Shown: piece by piece, positions 45,377 through 54,336 of the stretch
Position numbering within the stretch: the first letter of the stretch is position 1
Layout: each line of letters starts with the position of its first letter
DNA from: Pseudomonadota bacterium
GTDB lineage: Bacteria; Myxococcota_A; Polyangia; Polyangiales; Polyangiaceae
Reading direction: 5' to 3'
Length of the DNA: 64,000 bases
NCBI GenBank assembly: GCA_023432025.1
Contig: JAEYVE010000083.1
Location: 4,244-68,243, forward strand
The notes under the pieces: generated by a model
The model's database searches: none
The model's input: only the letters and a program-made list of their open reading frames with translations
Told to the model about the DNA's origin: nothing
Position numbers and translations under genes: made by a program

Positions 45377-48300
45377 ATGACGTCGAGCGTATTGCCGGAT
45401 CAGCAGCGGAATTTGCTCGCTTGCCAGCTGGCGGCGGACGCACGCGCTTTTTCGGTCTGGGTGGCGCTTTCGCTCCGCGGCGCGGTCGACGTCCCACGGC
45501 TGGTGCGCGCCGTTCAGAAGGTGCGCCTCCGCCACACGGCGCTCCACGCCTACTTGGACGACGTCGTCGATCCTCCGAGCGTGCGCTTCGACGTGGAGGC
45601 AGCGAGCGCTCCGATCGAGGTCGTGAACGTTTCGGAGCAGTCGCTCTCTGACTGGCTCGAGTCGGGGCTCGGCGAACGCTTCGATCCGCGCGCGGCGTGG
45701 AGCCGGGTGCGCATCGGGCGCTTCGCGGACGAGAGCTACGGGCTCTTGATTGCGCTGCCTCGGGCGGCGTGTGACGCCGAGTCCACGGCGCTGCTGTACC
45801 GCGATCTCGTCCATGCCTACGACGATGAAGACGCGTCGTTCGGGAGCTCCTTGGCGGACTTCGTGACGGCGCGCGCGGTTTCCGAGAGCGCGGCGCTGGC
45901 GGACACGCTCGGGCGCCTTTCGGGAGAGCTGCCGCCCCTCGAGCTTCCGCTCGCCGCGCCGAGGCCGGCGCTCTTCTCCCATCGTGGCCGCACCGTGCGG
46001 CGCACGCTGGGAGCGGACACCTTGGCGGAGCTCGGCGTGCTTGCAGAGCGTCACGGCGTGCTCGTGGACGACGTCATTTTGACGGTCTTCTTGGCAACGC
46101 TGCAGCGCTACTCCAATCAAGAGGAGTTCGTCGTCGCGACCGCCGCCCGACCCACCGCGTGGGAAGGCGTCGGTCCCAACGAAACGGTGTGTGTGCTGCG
46201 CGCGTTCGTCGCGGCGACCACGTCGTTCGAAAGCGCGCTCTCGTCCGTCTCCGAGGCGGCTCGCGCAGCCCGCGTGAGCGCCGTCGTTTCGTTTCAGAGT
46301 CTGGTGGACGGGCTCTCCGTTTCCCGGGACCCGAGCCGCACGCCGCTCTTTCAGGCGGGCTTCGAGCGCGAGGCTCGCCTCCGCGCGCGGAGCGCCAAGG
46401 ACGGCGTGGTCTTCGAGCCCCTGCGGCTCTCCAACACGGGTGCGCGCACCGACTTGACGCTCCTCTTCTCGGAGGAAGAGGCAGGGCTCGAGCTAGCGCT
46501 CGAGTACGCCGAGGACTCGTATGCCGCGAGCTGGGCGGAGGACTTTTTGGGGAGCTGCGCCCTGGGCCTCACCGCGTGTAGCGCGCACGTCTCTGCGCCC
46601 ACGGGTCAGCTGCCGCTCCTCACCCCCGAGCAAACGGCGCTTGCGTTCTTGCCCTACGAGGCGCGCGCGTACGACGAAACCCAGCCCGCGTTCGTGCGGC
46701 TCGGGGAGCACGCAAGGCGCACGCCGGATCGCGTTGCCGTTCTCTTGGGTGAGCAGTCGCTCACGTACGCAGCGCTGGAGGAGAGCGCCAATCGACTAGC
46801 GCATCGCTTGCGTCGGCACGGCGTGGGGCCCGAGAGCTTGGTGGGCGTGTACTGCGAGCGGTCGCTGGACATGGTCGTGGCGCTCTTGGCGGCGCACAAG
46901 GCGGGCGGCGCGTACGTTCCGCTCGACCCGACGCATCCTCGGACGCGCGTCGAAGCCATTTTGGAGGACGCCGCGCCGCGCGTCGTCGTTACCCAGCGCG
47001 CGCTCCGCGCGCAGTGCCCGGTGTCGCCGGAAACCACGCTGATCGACGCGGACGCAGAAGACTTGGGCCAGGAGCCGGCGACCGCGCCGGAGCTCGACGT
47101 ACGCCCGGACGGGCTCGCTTACGTGATTTTCACCTCGGGCTCGACCGGGCGCCCCAAGGGCGTCGAAATCACGCACCGGGCGTTCACGAACTTCGTGCAC
47201 TCCATGGCGCACGCGCCGGGGCTCGCTCCGGAGGATCGCATCCTCTCGGTCACGACCTTGTCGTTCGACATCGCGGGCCTCGAGCTGCTCTTGCCCATCT
47301 ACGTAGGCGCGTCCGTGGAAATCGCGGATCGGCCGACGTGCATCAACGCGGAGCGCTTGGCTCAGCGCCTTTCGGATCCCGCCGTCACCTTGCTGCAAGC
47401 AACTCCGGCGACGTTCCGCATGCTCGTGGAGTCGGGCTGGCCGGGCAGCGCGCGCCTGCGCGTTCTGTGCGGCGGCGAGGCGTTCCCGCCGGATTTGGTG
47501 GACGCTCTCCTCCGTCGCACGTCCCAGGTGTGGAACATGTACGGGCCGACGGAGACCACGGTGTGGTCCACCTTGCAGCGCCTGACGGACGACAGACCGC
47601 CGATCCGCATCGGGCGGCCCGTGGACAACACCTCCATCTACGTTCTGAACCCGTGTGGGCAGCCCGTGCCGCGCGGTTCGATTGGTGAGCTGTGGATTGG
47701 CGGAGACGGCGTGGCGCGCGGCTATCGCGCGCGCCCCGACCTCACGGCGGAGCGCTTCATCACGGACGGTTTCCGGAGCGAGCCCGGGGCGCGCATGTAT
47801 CGCACCGGAGATCTCGGCCGAGTGCTCGCCGACGGCACGTTGGAGTGCCTGGGCCGCGTGGATTTTCAGGTCAAGATCCGCGGCTACCGCATCGAGCTGG
47901 GAGACATCGAGACAGCGCTCATGAAGGTGCCCGGCGTGCGGGAGGCCGTGGTCGTAGCGCGCGAGGATCGACCGGGGGACAAGCGTTTGGTCGCCTATTT
48001 CGTGGGCGACGCCACGCAGGCGACGCTGCGCGCGAGCCTCGGCGAGGTGTTGCCGTCGTACATGGTGCCAGCCGTCTTCGTGCCGATGGACGCGCTGCCG
48101 CTGAACCCGTCCGGAAAAATCGATCGCCGCGCGTTGCCGGTGCCCGCGGAGGCGCCGAGCGCCGCGCAAGAAGGGGTGGTCGAGGCGGTCAAGGACGACA
48201 CGGAGGCCACCATCCGCGCGGTGTTCGCCGACGTGTTGGGCGTGCCATCGGTGGACTCCACGTCGAGCTTCTTCGACATGGGCGGTACGTCGCTCATGTC

Positions 48301-49198
48301 GGTCAAGCTCGCGCAGAAGCTCGAGGCTGCGCTCGGCGCCAAGGTGCCTCTGGGGCTCTTGTTCGAGGCGCCGACGGTGCGCGGCTTGGCCGAAGCGCTC
48401 GGTGGGCAAGCCTCTCTGCACGCGCGACCGCGCGTAGTGGTGCTCCGTCGCGGCACGTCGGACGAGGCGCTCTTCTGCGTGTACGGTGTGGCGCTCTATC
48501 AGCACGTGGCGCGCTCGCTTCCCGAGCACCTCACCGTGTACGGGGTGTTCATCCCCACGGAAACCGAGATTTTCGAGCAAGAAAAGCTGCAAAAGGGGGA
48601 TTTTTCGTTCCCCGGTGTGGCCGAGCTCGCCAGGCAGTACGTCAGCATCATGACGGAGGTGCAGCCGAAGGGCCCTTACCGCGTGATGGGCATCTCCTTC
48701 GGCGGGCTGGTGGCCTACGAAATCGCGAGGCAGCTGCGCGCTCTCGGGCAAGAAGTCGTGTTCCTGGGCCTCTTGGACGCGCTGCTTCCGAGCTCCATCC
48801 AGGAGTCGGGCCTTCGGCGTTGGGGTCGTCAGCTCAAGACCTTCGTCGCGGACGCGGACGGGCGTCAGGTGGTGCTTCGGGCGCTGCGCGCCAAGGTGGG
48901 GCGCGTGTCGCCTGAGCCCTTCTCCGAGCGGCAACTGACCTGGCTGCGCGACAGGGTTCATGACCAACAAATCGCTCACTACGCCAAGGAGCTGCCGGAC
49001 TACCCGGGGGACGCGGTCATCGTTCGCGCCACGGATCACTCCGAGTACGGGACGGCCGTCGTGGACGCAGGCGCCGGGTGGCGCGAGCGCGTTCGAGGCA
49101 GCGTAGCCGAGTACGACGTGCCCGGGCGACACCTCGAAATCGTGGAGCCACCGAGCTCGGACATTTTGGCGAAAATGCTGAGCGCGCACCTCGCGTGA
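45377..49198 (+). CDS. Single-module NRPS: condensation-like domain (degenerate active site), A (Gly-predicted), PCP, TE
   Basis: A-domain cores are LTYAALEE, LAYVIFTSGSTGRPKGV, SFDIAGLE, NMYGPTETT, YRTGDL, GRVDFQVKIRGYRIELGDIE and NPSGKIDR. The PCP motif is FFDMGGTSL and the TE motif is GISFGG. The C-domain His motif reads LPRAACDAES instead of HHxxxDGxS. Confidence 0.95.
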   Translation: MTSSVLPDQQRNLLACQLAADARAFSVWVALSLRGAVDVPRLVRAVQKVRLRHTALHAYLDDVVDPPSVRFDVEAASAPIEVVNVSEQSLSDWLESGLGERFDPRAAWSRVRIGRFADESYGLLIALPRAACDAESTALLYRDLVHAYDDEDASFGSSLADFVTARAVSESAALADTLGRLSGELPPLELPLAAPRPALFSHRGRTVRRTLGADTLAELGVLAERHGVLVDDVILTVFLATLQRYSNQEEFVVATAARPTAWEGVGPNETVCVLRAFVAATTSFESALSSVSEAARAARVSAVVSFQSLVDGLSVSRDPSRTPLFQAGFEREARLRARSAKDGVVFEPLRLSNTGARTDLTLLFSEEEAGLELALEYAEDSYAASWAEDFLGSCALGLTACSAHVSAPTGQLPLLTPEQTALAFLPYEARAYDETQPAFVRLGEHARRTPDRVAVLLGEQSLTYAALEESANRLAHRLRRHGVGPESLVGVYCERSLDMVVALLAAHKAGGAYVPLDPTHPRTRVEAILEDAAPRVVVTQRALRAQCPVSPETTLIDADAEDLGQEPATAPELDVRPDGLAYVIFTSGSTGRPKGVEITHRAFTNFVHSMAHAPGLAPEDRILSVTTLSFDIAGLELLLPIYVGASVEIADRPTCINAERLAQRLSDPAVTLLQATPATFRMLVESGWPGSARLRVLCGGEAFPPDLVDALLRRTSQVWNMYGPTETTVWSTLQRLTDDRPPIRIGRPVDNTSIYVLNPCGQPVPRGSIGELWIGGDGVARGYRARPDLTAERFITDGFRSEPGARMYRTGDLGRVLADGTLECLGRVDFQVKIRGYRIELGDIETALMKVPGVREAVVVAREDRPGDKRLVAYFVGDATQATLRASLGEVLPSYMVPAVFVPMDALPLNPSGKIDRRALPVPAEAPSAAQEGVVEAVKDDTEATIRAVFADVLGVPSVDSTSSFFDMGGTSLMSVKLAQKLEAALGAKVPLGLLFEAPTVRGLAEALGGQASLHARPRVVVLRRGTSDEALFCVYGVALYQHVARSLPEHLTVYGVFIPTETEIFEQEKLQKGDFSFPGVAELARQYVSIMTEVQPKGPYRVMGISFGGLVAYEIARQLRALGQEVVFLGLLDALLPSSIQESGLRRWGRQLKTFVADADGRQVVLRALRAKVGRVSPEPFSERQLTWLRDRVHDQQIAHYAKELPDYPGDAVIVRATDHSEYGTAVVDAGAGWRERVRGSVAEYDVPGRHLEIVEPPSSDILAKMLSAHLA

Positions 49199-49331
49199 GG
49201 AGCACGCGCAGCCTTCGCGTCGTGGCCCTCGCGTCGCGGTCCTCGCGCTGTGGCCCGTCGCCCCATAGCCGGCGCTTTCGAGTGCCGATGCGCGAAGGGG
49301 TGGCGCGCCCCTAACAAGGGCGCTTTCCTCT

Positions 49332-49383
49332 CGAACGGCCGCGGGCGCGGCGCCGTTCAAACGGCCGCGGGCGCGGCGCCGTT
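49332..49383. repeat. 26-bp tandem duplication (25/26 identical) spanning the stop codon of the minus-strand membrane glycosyltransferase gene
   Basis: c[g/a]aacggccgcgggcgcggcgccgtt occurs at 49332-49357 and 49358-49383. The stop codon (tca on the plus strand, 49357-49359) sits at the copy junction. Confidence 0.85.
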
Positions 49384-50622
49384 GTCGGGGCGAGCGCGAA
49401 GCGCTCCGCGCGCGTCGCGCAGCCACGCGCCACACGTGAGAAGCACCAGAAGGAGCGTGAAGACGGGCCCGAGCGTTCCGACGCCCAGCTTGTCGCCGAG
49501 CACGGGTGCACGCGACGCGAAGGCGACCAAGAGGACGATGCTTGCGCCGAGCCAGCCGGGGCGCAGCGTGTAAGCCGCGAAGACGAGCGGCGTGAGAATG
49601 ACCAGATCGTAGCCATGGAGCGGCACGAACGCGGCGGTGAGCGCGCAAGCGATGGCCGCGTGCCACAGCGGGCTCACGAGCTCGGGAGCTCGCTGCTGGC
49701 GCAGCCGGAAGTGGACCGCCGCGAAGCCCAGCGCTAGCAGCGGGCCAAACAGCAAAGTGACGGACGCGAGCGGCCCGAGGCTGGCCAGCAAGGACGAAAG
49801 GCTGAAGAACTCGCCGGGCGCGTTGAAGCCGATGTCCATGTGCAGCCGGTAGCTCTCTGCGAGCTGTGCGGGGAGCTCGCCGAGGTCGACGTGGATGAGC
49901 GCAATGGCCGTGACGAGCAGTGTGGCGAGAGCGCCGCGCACGACGCCCCGAAACCCGCCCAAGAGGCACAGATACGCGAGCGGGAGAAAACCAATCTGCG
50001 GCTTGAGAGCCGCCAAGAAGGCAAACGCGGCCACCCAGTTGTCGCGCTTTTGGTGCCACGCCCAGAACGCGCCGACGACGCCCAAGAGGGGCACCATGCA
50101 CATTTGCCCCTCGAAAAACGTCCAGCGGACGGCCCCGTTCGCGGTGGCGGCCGCGACGACGAGCCACACCCCCGGATCACGAAGCGAGAAGCTTTGGCTC
50201 TGGCGGAGCCAGCGCAGCAGGATGAACAGGATGCCTGCGTAGGAGGCGACGTTCACCAAGTCCCACAGGCGGCAGGCGAGGGGCCAGTTGGCGAGCCCGA
50301 GCGGCACCGCGAAGAACGCCATGTGCGGCGGGTACATGTACGGCGCCGTGGGCGGGGTGATTTCGCTGGGCGTGGCGCCGAGGAACGACGGATGCACGTG
50401 CACCCATTGGCCACGCCACGCGACCACGTCGTACGGCACGACGCCCGTCAGCCACGTTTTCCCTGCAGCGTAGACGAACGCAAAGTCACTCCAGCCGCGC
50501 ACGAGATCCTTCAGCGGCAGGAGCGAGTAGAGCGTGACGACGACCGTCACCAACGCGGCGAGCGGGAACGCCCAGCGACGTTCGGCGGCGTCGGCGAATC
50601 GTTCTCGAAGGGAACCAAGCAT
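49357..50622 (-). CDS. Polytopic membrane glycosyltransferase-like protein (GT87/DUF2029-like)
   Basis: About 10-12 TM helices. The N-terminal loop motif SDFAFVYAAGKTWLTGVVPYD matches the D..xY.A......G..(L/P)Y pattern of GT87/DUF2029 proteins. Confidence 0.55.
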   Translation of the reverse strand: MLGSLRERFADAAERRWAFPLAALVTVVVTLYSLLPLKDLVRGWSDFAFVYAAGKTWLTGVVPYDVVAWRGQWVHVHPSFLGATPSEITPPTAPYMYPPHMAFFAVPLGLANWPLACRLWDLVNVASYAGILFILLRWLRQSQSFSLRDPGVWLVVAAATANGAVRWTFFEGQMCMVPLLGVVGAFWAWHQKRDNWVAAFAFLAALKPQIGFLPLAYLCLLGGFRGVVRGALATLLVTAIALIHVDLGELPAQLAESYRLHMDIGFNAPGEFFSLSSLLASLGPLASVTLLFGPLLALGFAAVHFRLRQQRAPELVSPLWHAAIACALTAAFVPLHGYDLVILTPLVFAAYTLRPGWLGASIVLLVAFASRAPVLGDKLGVGTLGPVFTLLLVLLTCGAWLRDARGALRARPDNGAAPAAV

Positions 50623-50733
50623 GCGCGGACTCTACTCGAAGGGGGTCGCGTAGCAGAGAGCACTGGGGAAGGTGTTGCGCAGGAGATACCGCGTAGGGTC
50701 AACAGAGCCTGGGGCAACACGTGCGTTGCGCGC

Positions 50734-51774
50734 TCAGGCGCTGACGCTTTTGTACTCGATGATGGTGCGCGTTCGGCGGAAGGCCAGATCCAAGAACGCT
50801 CGAACCACGCCGCGCAGCTCGACGAACTTTCCGAGCACGCAGGCGGTAGCGTACGACCGTGCGACGTCGGGAGGCAAAGCACGCGCCCCGCGCAGGTACC
50901 GGTACGTCTTCACCCAGAGCAGCGGGTAGAGCAAGAGCCCCAAAAACGCGCTCGGCCCCACGATCGGGCTCGAGAGCGCGAGCGCGAGCGGCAGGCCTCC
51001 CCAGCACACGATGGAAGCCACCTGTCGAACCCAAATGCGCCGCGGGCTCCGCAAGTGGAGGGCGCAGACGAGCGCAAACGCATAGCCGGCGCGCTCGACT
51101 CGTTTCCACCACTGCGCGCGGTGCGTCATGGCGGCGTCGTGCAGCGTCATTTCGTGATCGAGCCGCACGATGCGACGACCGGTGGCGCGGATGCGGTGAC
51201 AGAGCTCGGGCTCCTCACCGGCAATGACGGTCGGGTTGAAGCCGCCGACCTCGTCGAACACCGAAGCCACCACCAGAAAATCACCGCCACACGCCGTGGC
51301 TTCACCGAGGGGAGTGTCCCATTCGACGTCACACAAGCGGTTGTAGAGGCTCGCCTCCGGAAAGCGTTCGCGCCGCCGCCCGCACACGATGGCCCAGTCG
51401 GAGTGGCGCTCGAGCTCCCGTTGGGCGACCGCGAGCCATCCGGCGTTCAGCTCGCAGTCCCCGTCGATGAATTGCACGAAGGCAACCCCGGGCGCCACCT
51501 TCCGCAAGAGCTCGAACCCGGCATTTCGGGCGCGCGCGGCACTGAAGGGGATGCTCATGTCGAGCGCGACGACGTGGGCGCCCTCCGCGCGCGCGTACGC
51601 CGCGCTGCCGTCCGTGGAGCCCGAATCCACGTAGACGACGGTCGACGCGTTCTGCTGCACGCTGGCCAAGCAGCGTTTCAGCCGCTCGCCCTCGTTTCTG
51701 CCGATGACGACGACTGCTACCGACGGATGCGGACCATCGTTCGGAGGTTCTGCGTTCGAAGATTCTGCGTTCAT
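50734..51774 (-). CDS. Family 2 glycosyltransferase with C-terminal TM helices
   Basis: VAVVVIGRNEGERLKRCLASV, VVYVDSGSTDGS, ARNAGF and FIDGDCEL (DxD) are present. ATG at 51774 within ORF 50734..51873. Confidence 0.8.
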   Translation of the reverse strand: MNAESSNAEPPNDGPHPSVAVVVIGRNEGERLKRCLASVQQNASTVVYVDSGSTDGSAAYARAEGAHVVALDMSIPFSAARARNAGFELLRKVAPGVAFVQFIDGDCELNAGWLAVAQRELERHSDWAIVCGRRRERFPEASLYNRLCDVEWDTPLGEATACGGDFLVVASVFDEVGGFNPTVIAGEEPELCHRIRATGRRIVRLDHEMTLHDAAMTHRAQWWKRVERAGYAFALVCALHLRSPRRIWVRQVASIVCWGGLPLALALSSPIVGPSAFLGLLLYPLLWVKTYRYLRGARALPPDVARSYATACVLGKFVELRGVVRAFLDLAFRRTRTIIEYKSVSA

Positions 51775-52012
51775 TCGAGGCGCTCGGGGCGCGACCATAC
51801 CACGGGGGCTGCGCCTTCGAGGGTGCCTTCCGAAAGAGCGCGGATCGTCCGGCGACGCGCGTTGGGGCAACACCTGGCTGCCCCGTTTTTGGGGGAACCG
51901 AAGAGCTGGTTTCGTGGGGCGGGCGCAGGTGGGCCTGCCTGGCGGTGAACCGCTCGCCGCTCTAGGGTTCTCGTCGTCGTGGGCGACGACGTGCCCCGAC
52001 AGAACTCCGACG

Positions 52013-53308
52013 ATGCCTACGCTGCCTCAGGATCCCATTCGACCGCCGTTGCGTGTCGCTTACCTCGTCAATCACTACCCCAAGGTGAGCCACAGCTTCA
52101 TCCGGCGTGAAATCCTGGCGTTGGAGAGACAGGGCGTGGAGGTCGAGCGAATTTCCGTGCGCGGCGCGGGCGACTCCCTCGTGGATCCGGAGGACCAGAG
52201 GGAGCAACGGCGCACGCGCTACGTGCTCGCGCGTGGTCCGCTCTATTTGCTTTGGGCAGCGTTCGTTTTCGCGCTGCGCCGGCCCGGCAAGGCGCTGTCG
52301 GGTTTGCGCCTCGCGCTGGCTTTGTCCCGCCGCTCGGATCGCTCGCTCGCGCATCATTTGATTTACCTCGCGGAGGCTTGCCTCGTCGTGTCGTGGCTGG
52401 CGCGCGCGCGCGTCACGCACCTGCACGCGCACTTCGGAACGAACCCTGCGGAGGTGGCGCTCTTGATTCACGCGCTCGGCGGGCCGTCGTTCAGCTTCAC
52501 CGTGCACGGCCCGGAAGAGTTCGACAAGCCGGAGTTTCTGGCGCTAAAGCGCAAGATCGAGCACGCGCGCTTCGTCGTCGCGATCAGCTCGTATGGTCGT
52601 AGCCAGCTGTCGCGCTGGATTGATCCTCTCGACTGGAAAAAGATCCAAATCGTGCACTGCGGCTTGGAGCCGGCCTTCCACGAGCTCCCCGCCCAAGCCG
52701 TGCCGCCCGCGCCGCGCTTCGTTTGTGTGGGTCGCCTCTGCGAGCAAAAGGGACAGCTCGTGGCGCTCGAGGCCGTGGCGCTCTTGAAGCAGCGCGGCGT
52801 GGCCTGCGAGCTGGTGCTCGCCGGAGACGGAGAAATGCGGCAGGCCGTCGAGCAGCGCCGTGACGAGCTGGGCATCGGTGATCGCGTGCGTATCACGGGC
52901 TGGCTCTCGAGCTCGGCCGTGCGCGACGAAATCTTGGCGTCGCGTGCGCTCGTCATGCCGAGCTTCGCAGAAGGGCTCCCCGTGGCCATCATGGAGGCGA
53001 TGGCGCTCAGGCGCCCGGTCGTGTCCACGTACGTCGCGGGCATTCCCGAGCTGGTGCGTCCTGCGCTGGAAGGTTGGCTCGTGCCGGCCGGAGACGTGGC
53101 GGCGTTGGCCGAGGCGATGGAACGCGTGGCCACGGCCGCGCCGGACGAGCTGGAGCGTATGTCGGCTTCGGCGCGTAGCCGCGTTCTGCAGCGGCACGAC
53201 GTGGACCAAGAAGCGACGCGGCTCCGGCTCTTGTTCTCGGGGCAGTCGCCGGCAGCTCGTACGTGGGACGACCCGCCGAAACCGGACGAAAACGTCTTCG
53301 CCGCGTGA
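52013..53308 (+). CDS. GT-B fold glycosyltransferase (GT4, WcaL-like)
   Basis: RVAYLVNHYPKVSHSFIRREI at the N-terminus, and a C-terminal E-x7-E region PSFAEGLPVAIMEAMALRRPVVST. ATG at 52013 within ORF 51704..53308. Confidence 0.85.
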   Translation: MPTLPQDPIRPPLRVAYLVNHYPKVSHSFIRREILALERQGVEVERISVRGAGDSLVDPEDQREQRRTRYVLARGPLYLLWAAFVFALRRPGKALSGLRLALALSRRSDRSLAHHLIYLAEACLVVSWLARARVTHLHAHFGTNPAEVALLIHALGGPSFSFTVHGPEEFDKPEFLALKRKIEHARFVVAISSYGRSQLSRWIDPLDWKKIQIVHCGLEPAFHELPAQAVPPAPRFVCVGRLCEQKGQLVALEAVALLKQRGVACELVLAGDGEMRQAVEQRRDELGIGDRVRITGWLSSSAVRDEILASRALVMPSFAEGLPVAIMEAMALRRPVVSTYVAGIPELVRPALEGWLVPAGDVAALAEAMERVATAAPDELERMSASARSRVLQRHDVDQEATRLRLLFSGQSPAARTWDDPPKPDENVFAA

Positions 53309-53339
53309 CGCGGCGGACTGCGCTTGCTGGGCGCCTGGC

Positions 53340-54332
53340 TCAGCTCGCTCGAAACTGCTCGAGGAGTCGGCGCGCCGCGGAGGTGGGCGCTACCTGGCCC
53401 TCGCGCACCTCGGTTTCCACGGCATCGAGACGAGACGCCACGCTCGGGTGCTCCCGAAACTGACTTTCGAGCTCGGCCCGCACCAGGTCCCAGAGCCACG
53501 CGAGCGCTTGCTCGCGGCGCTTGTCGTGAAAAGCGCCGGAGCGCTTCGCCGAGTCGACGAAACGCTCCACGCGGGCCCACAGCTCCGGAAGGCCGGTCTT
53601 GGACAGCGCGCTCAGCGTGAGCACCTCGGGGGCCCACGTGTGCTCGCCGACGCTCCGCGTGGCGCCGAAGAGGCGCAGCGCGCCTTCGAGCTGTGACACC
53701 GCGCGGCGCGCCGCGGATTCGTCCAAGTCAGCCTTGTTGACGACGATGAGGTCGGCGAGCTCGACCACGCCCTTTTTCATCGCCTGCAGGTCGTCTCCGG
53801 CGTTGGGCAGCTGCAGCAGCAAGAAGAGATCCGTCATCGTCGCGACGGCCGTCTCCGACTGCCCCACGCCGACCGTCTCGACCAGTACGACGTCGTAGCC
53901 GGCAGCTTCGAACGCCAGCATGCTCTCTCGCGTTTTGGCGGCGACGCCGCCCCACGTGCCCGCGGACGGGCTCGGGCGGACGAAAGCGGCGGGGTGCACG
54001 CTGAGCTGCTCCATGCGTGTTTTGTCGCCCAAAATGGCGCCGCCGGAGCGGGCGGACGAGGGATCGATGGCAAGAACGGCGACCTTGTGCCCGCGCTCGA
54101 CCAACCACAAACCGAACGCCTCGATGAACGTGGATTTGCCGGCGCCCGGCACGCCCGACACGCCGATGCGGAGCGACTTGCCCGAGTGCGGCGTGAGCAG
54201 TGCGAGCACCGCGTCTGCCCGCTTTCGATGATCCGCGCGGGTGGACTCGAGCAGCGTCACGACCTTGGACAGGGCGCGCCGCTCTCCGCGCAAAACGCGC
54301 GCGGCGAGCTCGGAGTCGGAAGGCTGCGTCAC
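53340..54332 (-). CDS. meaB: Methylmalonyl-CoA mutase-associated GTPase MeaB/ArgK
   Basis: GVSGVPGAGKSTFIEAFG, AIDPSSARSGGAILGDKTRM, ETVGVGQSE and VVNKADL are present. Confidence 0.9.
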   Translation of the reverse strand: MTQPSDSELAARVLRGERRALSKVVTLLESTRADHRKRADAVLALLTPHSGKSLRIGVSGVPGAGKSTFIEAFGLWLVERGHKVAVLAIDPSSARSGGAILGDKTRMEQLSVHPAAFVRPSPSAGTWGGVAAKTRESMLAFEAAGYDVVLVETVGVGQSETAVATMTDLFLLLQLPNAGDDLQAMKKGVVELADLIVVNKADLDESAARRAVSQLEGALRLFGATRSVGEHTWAPEVLTLSALSKTGLPELWARVERFVDSAKRSGAFHDKRREQALAWLWDLVRAELESQFREHPSVASRLDAVETEVREGQVAPTSAARRLLEQFRAS

Positions 54333-54336
54333 GGGC

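Noticed and set aside
46796-50167. Very long ORFs in alternative frames or on the opposite strand of strong genes. Examples are 46796..50167(-), 15309..17594(-), 36837..39908(+), 11131..13284(-), 54241..56433(+), 57716..59806(-) and 59954..61648(-).
   Set aside because: They are Arg/Ala/Gly/Pro-rich shadow ORFs, as expected in roughly 70% GC DNA. They have no motifs and overlap genes whose products carry unambiguous family signatures.
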